This document shows, one piece after another, positions 10,363 to 19,993 of a stretch of DNA of 64,000 nucleotides. Numbering within the stretch: the stretch's first letter is position 1; each line of letters starts with the position of its first letter. The stretch is taken from assembly GCA_963729715.1 (NCBI GenBank), contig CAVSPA010000005.1, positions 480,001-544,000 on the forward strand, read 5' to 3'. This DNA comes from an uncultured delta proteobacterium (GTDB lineage Bacteria; Desulfobacterota; Syntrophia; Syntrophales; UBA2185). A model generated the notes under the pieces. It was not told the origin of the DNA and searched no databases. It saw only the letters and a program-made list of their open reading frames with translations. A program made the position numbers and the translations under genes.

Positions 10363-10474
10363 GTAAAGTTCTTTAACAAATGAAGCCCTCGACCTCAAGA
10401 AAAATATGAACCTCCACGTTGACAGGAAATAGAAAACATGGTGATATGCGCGCGGCAAGGAGGATCGAAGTTCG

Positions 10475-11443
10475 TTGATTGAAAAGATAGCGGAAAATTT
10501 TTACATGATCACACTGCCCATGCCGTTCCGTCTGAAGCACGTCCATATGTTCGCAGTTGTGCATGACGGCAGCGTTTCGCTTTTTGATACCGGCATGAAT
10601 ACACCGGAAACCTTCTCGATGCTTGAAGAGTCTCTGAAATCTATAGGCAGAGGCATTCGTGACGTAGATCGAATATTCATAACTCATTTCCATACGGATC
10701 ATTGTGGAATAGCCGGCCGTATCCAGGAGATATCAGGAGCTGCAATTGCCATGTCCGAAATGGATGCGCAGAGAATTTATAACGATCAGAAGAAGGGGCT
10801 TGATTTTGATCAGGTAAGAAAATTCTATCGTGAGCAGGGGCTGCGGGAAAAAGTTATCGATAACCTGTTGGAGCTCCTCATCTCTTTCCGAAAGGCAACG
10901 ATCCCCTTCAAAGTAGATACGAATCTTGAAGACCAAGGGTCTCAGAAGGTAGGCGACAGGGAGTTTGAGCCAATATCAGTTCCGGGTCATACAATAGGGC
11001 AGGTATGCTTTTTCTTCCGGAGGGAAGGAATACTGCTCTCCGGTGATCATATCTTGCCGGAGATCACACCCAATCTCAGTCCCGATCCTTATAATCCGGG
11101 GTTTCGGCCTCTCAGGAGCTTTCTGGACTCACTCGAGCGGGTTGAAAACCTCCCTGCCGTCAAGGTTTATCCGGCCCATGGCGCTCCGTTTCCGAACCTA
11201 AAGGCGCGCGTGGAAGAAATCAGGGAACATCACAGGGAGAGAAAAGGCCTTGTGTTTGAATCCGTCAAAGGAGGCCCGAAGACAACGTATCACGTTTCAT
11301 TGGATGTCTTCGGACGAGACTTGCCTGAGTTTGATCAGTTCCTGGCCGTCAACGAAACATACGCCCACTTGATTGAGCTCTTGGAAGAGGGCCTCATCAA
11401 ACAGAAAATGTCAGGGCATCATCTGATTCATTCTGTTGCTTAG
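10475..11443 (+). CDS. MBL-fold metallo-hydrolase with C-terminal winged-helix-like domain
   Basis: THFHTDH, PGHT, SGDH, PAHG; TTG start with AAGGAGG. Confidence 0.88.
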   Translation: MIEKIAENFYMITLPMPFRLKHVHMFAVVHDGSVSLFDTGMNTPETFSMLEESLKSIGRGIRDVDRIFITHFHTDHCGIAGRIQEISGAAIAMSEMDAQRIYNDQKKGLDFDQVRKFYREQGLREKVIDNLLELLISFRKATIPFKVDTNLEDQGSQKVGDREFEPISVPGHTIGQVCFFFRREGILLSGDHILPEITPNLSPDPYNPGFRPLRSFLDSLERVENLPAVKVYPAHGAPFPNLKARVEEIREHHRERKGLVFESVKGGPKTTYHVSLDVFGRDLPEFDQFLAVNETYAHLIELLEEGLIKQKMSGHHLIHSVA

Positions 11444-11494
11444 CCTACTGAGAAAATCCTCCGCCTCTTTTCGAGGGTGGAACTCCTCTTTCAT

Positions 11495-11956
11495 TTATCC
11501 CCGGGATCTTGTCTTCTTCTTTGTCTTACCGGAAACCTGCATGATTACCCGTCTCTGCCTCGGCCGGTTGTCAAAATCAATGAACACAATCTGCTGCCAT
11601 GTTCCCAATTGCAGACGCCCGTTCGTCGCGGGGATGGTCAATGATGGACCCAGGAGGGCCGCTCTTACATGGGCATGTCCGTTTCCATCTCCCCATCGTT
11701 CGTTGTGCCGATAGTATTTACCCTCAGGCGCGAGGTTTTCTATTGCTTCCTTGAGATCACTGACGGCGCCGTGTTCATATTCTATCGTCGTTATGGCGCC
11801 CGTAGAACCGGGGACGAAGAGAAGCACCTGCCCTTCTTCCAGATTTGTTTCAGCAACGCGGTCCAACACCTGGCGGGTTAAGTCAATAACGTCGGTATTT
11901 CCTGATGTGGTAAAAGAAAGGTCAAACGTTGTCATCTCCATAGCCATACATGACAT
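11495..11956 (-). CDS. yjbQ: YjbQ/UPF0047 family protein
   Basis: GDGNGHAHVRA, LGTWQQI..DFD; true start may be a few codons downstream. Confidence 0.88.
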   Translation of the reverse strand: MSCMAMEMTTFDLSFTTSGNTDVIDLTRQVLDRVAETNLEEGQVLLFVPGSTGAITTIEYEHGAVSDLKEAIENLAPEGKYYRHNERWGDGNGHAHVRAALLGPSLTIPATNGRLQLGTWQQIVFIDFDNRPRQRRVIMQVSGKTKKKTRSRG

Positions 11957-12070
11957 CCTTTCATGTGTAGTAAAGAATCCCTAAACCTCTCCATCTTCAT
12001 TGCGTCCCGTTTTGACTCATAGGAGATATTAACGATAAATTCTCGCCTCATGTAAGACTCAAGGTTTGCG

Positions 12071-12736
12071 CTATATGTACGGGAAGACATGTTTTTGCAC
12101 CATCTGGAAATTTTTCTTCACCTCACTCGCGCCGTCTATGACGTTCATGTGACCTGGGAAGATGGCTTCTATGTCGAGCTTTGAAAGGGCCACAATGCTT
12201 TGCTTCAGATAGGAGCCGCCACCACCAGGGAAATCCGTTCTTCCCACATTCTGATAGAAAATTACATCGCCGGAAAAAACGACTTTCCGGGCAGGCCAGT
12301 ACAGACCGATGGAACCCGGTGAATGCCCCGGGATGAGAAGGATTTCAAATGTTTCGTCTCCCAGGACAATCTTACCTTCCGTGAGGGGGAGATCGACGCG
12401 TATGGTAGGAGGATTCATGCCAAACAGGTTATAGAGACTGGCACCCACGCCCTTTAAAAACTCCATCTCCTTTTCGTGAAGACCCACTTTGGTATCAGAG
12501 TCATTGAACAAAACGGATCCTTCAAAGTGATCGGGGTGGGAATGGGTATTGATGACATATTTAATCGCACTTCTTTCTATCCCGTCTTCTTCCATACTTT
12601 CAAGAAGGTTAGGCACAAATCCCTTCAATCCGGGATCGACGAGGGCGTTAACACTGCCGCCTATATAAAAGCTGTTACAGTTATTTTCAAAAGAGTCTGT
12701 CCATTCGTAAACATAGATGTCATCTGAAAATCTCAT
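12071..12736 (-). CDS. MBL-fold metallo-hydrolase (glyoxalase II-like)
   Basis: THSHPDH, PGHSPG, GRTDFPGG, PGH. Confidence 0.9.
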   Translation of the reverse strand: MRFSDDIYVYEWTDSFENNCNSFYIGGSVNALVDPGLKGFVPNLLESMEEDGIERSAIKYVINTHSHPDHFEGSVLFNDSDTKVGLHEKEMEFLKGVGASLYNLFGMNPPTIRVDLPLTEGKIVLGDETFEILLIPGHSPGSIGLYWPARKVVFSGDVIFYQNVGRTDFPGGGGSYLKQSIVALSKLDIEAIFPGHMNVIDGASEVKKNFQMVQKHVFPYI

Positions 12737-12926
12737 AGGTTCTCCTTTTCTGTAATCGTATTCACTTTTTTGGACGATTGATGATTTGATAGCTGTATAA
12801 TCTCATATTACTTTGGAGTACATTTACTTGCAAGTACAATGTATCCGGGAGAAGGGAAGAACAGCGCCGCAGATTTTCCATCCAAATTCTCGCAGAAACG
12901 AAATTTATTTCCCGACAAAAAAGTTG

Positions 12927-12960
12927 TTGACAAAGGACGATAATGGTTGTATCATACAAC
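12927..12960 (+). promoter_or_regulatory. Sigma70 promoter with overlapping palindromic operator
   Basis: TTGACA (12927-12932), 17-bp spacer, TATCAT (12950-12955); perfect inverted repeat GTTGTAT-C-ATACAAC (12946-12960). Confidence 0.75.
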
Positions 12961-12961
12961 T

Positions 12962-13426
12962 ATGAAAGCGAATACACCGTGCATTAATCGGGATGTTCTA
13001 TCTCTGGTATCGGAGTTCTGCCAGGTCGTTCGTTTTTGCCGTCAGGATGCCACTTTTTGTGAGGACGTGACTTTTACCCAGTTTCTCATACTCGATGAGG
13101 TTGCAAAAGAAGGAAAGCTAAAAATGCTGGACCTTCATCAGATCCTCGCCGTTGATAAGAGCACGACTACCAGATTCGTGAACCCATTGGTCAGGCAGGG
13201 ACTGATTGAACGTAAGATATCCGACCATGATTCACGGGCAGTGAATTTGAGATTGACGCCGGCTGGTAGAAAGGTTCACACAAAAGTGTGGTTATGCCTT
13301 GAAGGTTTCATCTGCGCTGTTGAAGGACGAATTCCCGAGAGGAAAAAGAAAGTGGTGTATGAGGCTGTGAAGCTCTTTATCGATGCCGTGAAAAAAGCTT
13401 CGTCAGCCTGCCCGTGTAGTGAATAA
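12962..13426 (+). CDS. Cys-rich MarR-family transcriptional regulator
   Basis: VDKSTTTR..L...GLIER...DSR...LRLTPAG winged-helix signature; 8 Cys. Confidence 0.9.
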   Translation: MKANTPCINRDVLSLVSEFCQVVRFCRQDATFCEDVTFTQFLILDEVAKEGKLKMLDLHQILAVDKSTTTRFVNPLVRQGLIERKISDHDSRAVNLRLTPAGRKVHTKVWLCLEGFICAVEGRIPERKKKVVYEAVKLFIDAVKKASSACPCSE

Positions 13427-13444
13427 TAGTGGAGGAGCAAGAAA

Positions 13445-14620
13445 GTGTGTCAACCTGATTGTAACACGAGAAAAAGCGAATCGGACAAAAAAGTTGCGGG
13501 AAAAGTTCCCATTGTTTTGCCGGTAATTTCACAACAGCCACAAACATGTGAGATCCAGTTGGGTCTCCCCAGCTGTGATCAGCCATTCGTCGTGGGTTCA
13601 ATCGAGACACCTGTCGGTGCTGCGCCGAAGGTCACCTCCACATTAACATGGCAGGATAGGTGGGGGACAATAAAGGCTCGCTGGGGTGTTGACCGTATGG
13701 ACTATACTGTTGAACCCGGTCTCTATGCCCTCGGGAATCCTGACAATGAATCGCATGTGCTCGTTACTGCAAATTACAAGATGAGTTTTGACCGGCTCCG
13801 TGAGGCCCTTACCGGACGTGACGTCTGGCTCCTCGTCCTGGATACAAGGGGAATCAACGTCTGGTGCGCGGCGGGAAAAGGTACGTTCGGGACAGCGGAA
13901 CTAGTACGACGCATAAGGATAAGCGGATTGGACATGGTCGTCACCCACAGGGATTTGATCCTTCCACAGCTCTCCGGCCCAGGTGTTGCCGCCCACCTCG
14001 TTAAGAAATTTTCCGGTTTCGGGGTTAAGTACGGCCCTATCCGGGCCGCTGATCTCCCTGCCTATTTAGAGGCCGGCCTCATAGCGACACCGATGATGCG
14101 CCTGAAAACCTTCACTCTGCGTGAGCGGGTGGCCTTGATCCCGATAGAGCTGGTGGCAGCATTCAAGGCAGCTATTCTCCTCATGCTAATCTTTTTTCTT
14201 CTCAGCGGTCTGGGTGGGCCTGCGGGATACATGGCAAATGTTATGAATTATGGCCGCTTTGCTGTCATTGCCATCTTGATCGCAATCATTGCCGGCGCCG
14301 TCCTGACTCCGATCCTGCTTCCTCTTCTTCCCGGCAGGGCCTTTTCGCTCAAGGGTTGTACTATCGGTGTCGTTGCTGCATGCGTCCTCCTGATAATGAG
14401 GAATCCGGATCTCCATCTCTGGCCGGGCAGGCTCGAAGCTTTATCGTGGCTATTGCTGATACCGGCTTTAACAGCATATCTCGCCTTGAATTTTACCGGC
14501 GCCTCAACATACACCTCCCTTTCGGGAGTAAAAAAGGAAATGCACGTTGCCATACCCTTGGAGATAGGCGCCGGTATTGCCGGTGTCGGCCTCTGGCTGG
14601 TATCTCGCTTTATCGCGTAG
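13445..14620 (+). CDS. hgcA: Mercury methylation corrinoid protein HgcA
   Basis: Cap-helix motif GINVWCAAGKG, TANYK, C-terminal TM domain with NFTGASTYTSLSGVKKE; GTG start after GGAGGAG. Confidence 0.96.
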   Translation: MCQPDCNTRKSESDKKVAGKVPIVLPVISQQPQTCEIQLGLPSCDQPFVVGSIETPVGAAPKVTSTLTWQDRWGTIKARWGVDRMDYTVEPGLYALGNPDNESHVLVTANYKMSFDRLREALTGRDVWLLVLDTRGINVWCAAGKGTFGTAELVRRIRISGLDMVVTHRDLILPQLSGPGVAAHLVKKFSGFGVKYGPIRAADLPAYLEAGLIATPMMRLKTFTLRERVALIPIELVAAFKAAILLMLIFFLLSGLGGPAGYMANVMNYGRFAVIAILIAIIAGAVLTPILLPLLPGRAFSLKGCTIGVVAACVLLIMRNPDLHLWPGRLEALSWLLLIPALTAYLALNFTGASTYTSLSGVKKEMHVAIPLEIGAGIAGVGLWLVSRFIA

Positions 14621-14630
14621 GAGCTTGCAA

Positions 14631-14960
14631 ATGGAAAGAATGACCTATCTGAAAGATGTGGTGACGCTAGATCTCAGTGAGGGGAAATGTACCGGTTGCG
14701 GCATGTGCACCGAGGTCTGCCCCCAGGCGGTTATTGCCGTAAACGACGTAGGCCACGCATGGATCAAGGACAGAAACGCCTGCATGGAATGCGGGGCCTG
14801 CAGCCGGAATTGCCCTACCGGGGCTTTTTCCGTGCAGGCAGGTGTGGGCTGTGCCGCCGCAGTTATAAACTCCATGCTGGGCCGAACCGACGCGCCCTGT
14901 TGTGGCCCGATAGAATCTTGCGGGCAAACTGTGGATCAGAAGAAATCCTCATGCTGCTAA
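14631..14960 (+). CDS. hgcB: Mercury methylation ferredoxin HgcB
   Basis: CTGCGMCTEVCP, CMECGACSRNCP, GVGCA, C-terminal CC; directly after hgcA with TAGGAG RBS. Confidence 0.95.
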   Translation: MERMTYLKDVVTLDLSEGKCTGCGMCTEVCPQAVIAVNDVGHAWIKDRNACMECGACSRNCPTGAFSVQAGVGCAAAVINSMLGRTDAPCCGPIESCGQTVDQKKSSCC

Positions 14961-15318
14961 GGTAAAATCATCATCAGGTCATGGCAGGAGTGAAGAACAA
15001 TCGCAGGAAGAAGTTTGCCCGCCACCTGACACCATAAGCCGTGATATCTCGTGACTGTCGATGATACGTTACAGGTCGCACGATAGAGACGTATGAGACA
15101 ATGCGGGCAGCAATATTAGATGAATCCCTTGACATATTACATATATTGATATATATCCCGCCCCATAAGATATCGTGTTAATAGATTGAAGAACTGAGAC
15201 TTATGCCGCAGTTGTTCCCCGCAGTGATCATCACCCCTGAATTCTTCACGGAAAGGCTATTTAAGATTTATCGGGAATCTCACGAAAAAATATAAGAGAT
15301 TTATCAACGAGAAAGCAT

Positions 15319-15729
15319 ATGACCATGAGAGGCGATAAAGTGGCGAAAGTCAGGCTTCCCCTGAAGAGTGGAAAGTCTCGCAAAAAAACGAATGAATCGG
15401 AAAAATTTCAGAGCGGAGAGAACTACCGCAATATCATAGAAAACGTCAGCGACGGCATCTACTGCGTGAATACGGAAGGCTATTTCACCTTTGTGAACAA
15501 AGCAATAACTGTCAGGTCAGGAATTCCCGCGGAACAATTTCATTCTTTGCATTTCCTTGATGTCATTACTCCGGAATACCATGAGCAGGCGGAGAGAAAC
15601 TTTCAAATGATAATGACAGGCGAGGATGAAATTGTGTCCGAAATTAAGTATAGAAGCGCCATCGGTCAGGTACGAACTGAGGAAGAACAGAACTGGCCTA
15701 TGAGGTGGAGCAGATATTCTGATCAATAG
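15319..15729 (+). pseudogene. PAS-domain fragment, probable remnant of a sensor kinase
   Basis: YRNIIENVSDGIYCVNTEGYFTFVNKA PAS start; breaks off before the PAC motif is complete. Confidence 0.55.
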
Positions 15730-15747
15730 GGTAACAGGAGGCTTATT

Positions 15748-16923
15748 ATGAAACCGCAGGATAGGATTAACCATCTGCAAAAGAAGCTGCTAGAGCAGGA
15801 TCTCGGAGGCGCCCTTATCTTTTACTCGCGGGACGTTTTTTATTACACGGGTACTGCACAGCCTTCTTATCTTGTGATTCTGCCTGACGATTACCGTCTC
15901 TTCATAAGAAGTGGCTACGATTTCGCCCGTGACGACGTCTTCGTAGACAAGGAAAAAGTCGTGGAAGAACGCCGTTTGGATAACATCTTCAATAAAATTT
16001 CTACGGCTCTCGGTAAAGGTGCCCGTCGGATAGGCACCGAATTGGATGTCTTGACGGTGGAACAATTGGGCCAGTTCAAAAAGGCCTTTCGCGATTATGA
16101 TTTTGTGAATATAAGTCCTGTCATTCTGGAACAGAGAAAAACAAAAGACCCCTCAGAAATAGAAAAAATCAGAAAAGCCTGTGAAGCTATTCATCGGGGT
16201 CACGAGGCGGTCCTTGCCACTTTGAAGGAGGGCATCACAGAACTGGACCTCTCTGCTGCTGTGGAGAACGCGCATCGTTTGGCAGGGCATGAAGGCATAT
16301 TTTTTATCCGGCAGCCGGACTTTTTTATGAGCCGCGGACCGATTTCTTCGGGGGAAAATCTTTTCAAGACGAGCGGCGTGGTCTATACAATCACAGGTGT
16401 TGGGCTTAGTCCATCTGTACCGGCGGGCCCCTCACGAAGAAGATTGTCCAAGGGCGATTTGGTCATGGTAGATATACCCGTAATTGTTGAAGGCTATCAT
16501 GCAGACCAGACGAGGACATACTGCCTGGGAAAGGCAAACGAAAGCGCCATGTCCATGTATGTGGCCCTAAGGACCATAGCCGACCATCTTATCGCTAGTA
16601 TGAAAACGGGGATGCGATGCAGTGACATCTACAGGATGGCCATCGAAAAGGCATCGGCTCTCGGCAGAGACGGCCAGTTCCAGAGTTTCGGCGGGGGAAG
16701 AAAGTCGCGTCTCATAGGCCATGGAATCGGGTTGGAATTGAATGAACCTCCCATTCCCTCGGAATACGACCAATCCCCGGTGGAGGATGGCTATGTCATA
16801 GCTCTGGATATGCATATGCTGGATGAGTCCGTAGGGGTCGTCAAACTGGAGGACATGATTCTGATCAAAGAGGAAGGAAACGAGATATTGACAAGAAGTG
16901 ACCGCAGCCTCGTTGAGGTATAG
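15748..16923 (+). CDS. Xaa-Pro peptidase (M24 family)
   Basis: GYHADQTRT, GHGIGLELNEPP, KLEDMILI. Confidence 0.9.
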   Translation: MKPQDRINHLQKKLLEQDLGGALIFYSRDVFYYTGTAQPSYLVILPDDYRLFIRSGYDFARDDVFVDKEKVVEERRLDNIFNKISTALGKGARRIGTELDVLTVEQLGQFKKAFRDYDFVNISPVILEQRKTKDPSEIEKIRKACEAIHRGHEAVLATLKEGITELDLSAAVENAHRLAGHEGIFFIRQPDFFMSRGPISSGENLFKTSGVVYTITGVGLSPSVPAGPSRRRLSKGDLVMVDIPVIVEGYHADQTRTYCLGKANESAMSMYVALRTIADHLIASMKTGMRCSDIYRMAIEKASALGRDGQFQSFGGGRKSRLIGHGIGLELNEPPIPSEYDQSPVEDGYVIALDMHMLDESVGVVKLEDMILIKEEGNEILTRSDRSLVEV

Positions 16924-16980
16924 AGATATTGCAACTGGTACAGATGGACTCATGTTCCCAAATGAACTAAGAGTCATATA

Positions 16981-17594
16981 CCTCCGGCAAAGCCGGAGGC
17001 TTGAATGTATGAACCGCTCAAAGCGGATTTAATTTACTGAACCACCTGAAGGTGGTTACTCCTCAAACATGTTGAGCTGATCGAGACGCCGGTCTTCTTG
17101 CTCTTGTTTTCTGATGTATTCTCGAATGGTGGCTTCATCTCTGCCAACGGTGGAAACTTCATAACCTCTGGCCCAAAAGTGCTGACCGGTGAAATTCTTG
17201 CGATGACCCATAAAGTTTCTCGCAATATGTATCGCGCTCTTGCCTTTGATGAAACCAACCACTTGCGCTACCGCATGCTTCGGCGGAATGGAGATCAACA
17301 TATGCACATGATCAACTCGAAGATGACCCTCGATAACCTGACTCTCTTTCTGAATCGCGAGGTCCCTGAATGTTGACCCCAAATATCTCCGCAGTTGCTC
17401 GTAAATCGCTTTCCTCCGATACTTCGGTATCCATACCACATGGTACTTGCATTCCCATGACGTATGGCTTAAACTCTGCCTGTCGTTCAACTGAAATCTC
17501 CTTCCCCGTAAACTTTGAACGGTTCACGGATAGAAGGTTTCCTTTACATTCCCGGAATTGTCAAACTCTGGGAGTCCCCCGGCAGAGCCGGTGG
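16981..17594 (-). mobile_element. IS200/IS605-family insertion sequence (tnpA only); ends approximate
   Basis: Subterminal hairpins CCTCCGGC-AAA-GCCGGAGG (16981-16999) and CCCCCGGC-AGA-GCCGGTGG (17576-17594) flank a Y1 transposase. Confidence 0.9.
17056..17490 (-). CDS. tnpA: IS200-type Y1 HUH transposase
   Basis: YHVVWIPKYR, DHVH (HUH), KGKS, FWARGY, YIRKQ. Confidence 0.95.
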   Translation of the reverse strand: MNDRQSLSHTSWECKYHVVWIPKYRRKAIYEQLRRYLGSTFRDLAIQKESQVIEGHLRVDHVHMLISIPPKHAVAQVVGFIKGKSAIHIARNFMGHRKNFTGQHFWARGYEVSTVGRDEATIREYIRKQEQEDRRLDQLNMFEE

Positions 17595-17663
17595 TTTACC
17601 CAGGATTAATTACAGAGGCTGGCTCCCTGCCCGGTCGTGTTGATAGGCCGTGCTCATTGACAC

Positions 17664-18041
17664 CTAACTTCGTGTGACATCGCCTTTTTGATCGACGGTA
17701 TAGGTCGAACTGCCGCCGCTGTGGATTGCCTGCAATGTGAAGTCAACTATCGTGCCTGAGCCGCCTAATATCAATATTATGCTTACATTAGCATTATATC
17801 CATAGCTCGAGAGAAGATTCACCGAAACCGTTCCCCCCGGTGAAACGCTGAAGAATGCCTGTGAAGCCGTGTATGCGCTTTTCACGGCCATGTTCGCTGA
17901 TGCGTTGTAGGCCCTTGTTCTGTATGCCACGAACTGCGGTATGGCAATGGCTGCTAGGAGGCTGAGAATAAGAACAACAAATAACAACTCGATGGTAGTG
18001 AAGCCTCTCTGGCTTCTCTTCTTGTAATATTCCCGGATCAT
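17664..18041 (-). CDS. Type IV pilin (PilA-like)
   Basis: Class III signal RG|FTTIEL, hydrophobic helix, AIAIPQFVAYR. Confidence 0.88.
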   Translation of the reverse strand: MIREYYKKRSQRGFTTIELLFVVLILSLLAAIAIPQFVAYRTRAYNASANMAVKSAYTASQAFFSVSPGGTVSVNLLSSYGYNANVSIILILGGSGTIVDFTLQAIHSGGSSTYTVDQKGDVTRS

Positions 18042-18778
18042 TCTATTTCATCCTTTAATTTCCGTTTCGGATACATAAAGGATTTTCCTTCGTCATGGGC
18101 GTTCACCATGAGGCTCTTTGAATATTTAGTTCAGACAAGATCATTGAGTCTATCGTAAGATTCATTATTTCAGAAGTTAATGCCCGTGCAGATAAATTCC
18201 TATTTCATCTGAAAATGAAGGAATCATCTTTGAGCCATGAGTTATCAAGCAAATATCGTACAAAATGATTCATCGCTTGTTATTTTGGAAAAAGCTGGAT
18301 TTAATTACTTATAATTACGCGACATTTAAAGAAAGTCTCTATGATAAGCATCTTCTTAGTTATTGTGATGAAATCGGTTATTTTCACCGATGACCCGTAT
18401 TTTTGAGATTATTTTGTGATTTTTTAACATTAGGACTTTTTGATAATAGGTATGGTTTTCTCCATTGACTAAGAGAAATCTTCCCTTAGCGAATGGTATG
18501 TCTTCCTTCTGCATTTGTCATTGATGAGTGTAATATATAGAAGGAAAAATTGGAGGAACTGACCCGGCAGAAATTTTCTAAATTCGAATCCGGCAAAGAA
18601 TGAAACCTCTTCCTCTTGCTTCGAGCCTGCCCCTCAATAAACAAATCCAAGAGACAATGGAAAGCAATATTGAGGAGCCTGGATAGATGGCCTACCTTAG
18701 GGTTTAAGGCTTGGGGAATTAATGAAGTTCATATGCAAACGCGACGCTGCCGCTAAATATGAATGGCCAAATTACTTG

Positions 18779-19993
18779 CTACATAAATTCCTTTTCACTC
18801 ATATTTACAGCCCGCTCAATTTCTGCCTTCAATTGCGCTGGCAGCCCCGGGATGTCAACGCTGAGAAATCCGCGGACTATCGTAGATGTGACCTCATCTT
18901 CCCCGAGTCCGCGCGACATAAGATATTGGATTTCTTCCTGGGCAATCTTACCAACGGCCGCCTCGTGTGACATTTCCACGCCATCTACCTTTCCCCGAAG
19001 CTCTGGAATCGCATGAATGAGACCGCCTTTCAAGAGCAGACCCCGGCACTCAAGATGGGCCTTCACGCCGGTAACTTCGCCTATCAGATCACCACGGGAG
19101 ATAATCCGGCCACCGTTGCTGATGGCACGGGCGATTATCTCAGCCCGCGTATCTTCCGCTTTCAGGTCAATGCGGCCGCCCACATCGAGCTCCGATCCGG
19201 GACTTCCCAACAGCAGACTGTAAAAGCGTGAGACCGCCCCCTTACCCACGAGGTGAGTCGTCGGATACATCTGCAGAGATTTCACCGGCCGCATACAGAT
19301 GTAGTTGTTGAGGAAAAGGCCCCCCTCTTCAACTATGCCCACTGACCGCGGACGTACCATCATCTCCTCCGCCCAGTGATGTATCATGGTGAAGCTCAAT
19401 TTGGCATTCTTCTTGACGAAAAACTCTGAAATGCCCACGTGCAGCCCGCGTTTCAAATGGGACGCTGCTGCACATCCGGTAATAACGTGGAGATCTGCTC
19501 CTTCTTCGACGATGATTAAGTTGTGCACATACTGGCTCAGGTTTTCCTTGTCAATATAAAGACACGCCTTAACGGGATAGATGACCTTGCTTCCCGGTAA
19601 CGCTCGGATGACATAGCCGTCATGCAGATTGAGCTGCGCCTGCGCGGTGTATTTATCCGCGTCAACGGAGACGAGTTTCCAGTAATAATCCTTGATCTAG
19701 TCGCATTCCTTGCGGGCCCGCTTGATGGGGAGTACCTCCAGACCATCCTGCATGGAATGTGCGTGCACGACAGATGTATCCTTCTGAACATACGTCCCTG
19801 AACGTCCTGTTTCTGTGGCATCCACTCCTGCCTGAATTATTCTCTGCTGATCTATTGCAGGCAACTTAGCAAGGTCATTCAGGTAGGCATGTTCTATAGG
19901 GTCGGCCGTAAAGGACGATAGATCGATGTCAGGCCCGATGGCCGCCTTCTTATCTTTGGCTTGAGCAGCCTTTTCATCATTTACGCCGTGCAT
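18779..19993 (-). pseudogene. sufB: SufB/SufD-family (SmsB-like) Fe-S scaffold interrupted by an in-frame TAG at 19697-19699
   Basis: ORFs 19697..20029 and 18779..19528 share one frame; read-through gives ECD*IKDYYWKLVSVDADKYTA...; SHEAAVGKI..YLMSRGL. Confidence 0.8.

Noticed and set aside
13445..14620. Acetyl-CoA synthase corrinoid subunit (CdhE/AcsC) instead of HgcA
   Set aside because: Cys-containing cap helix, TM domain and adjacent HgcB identify HgcA
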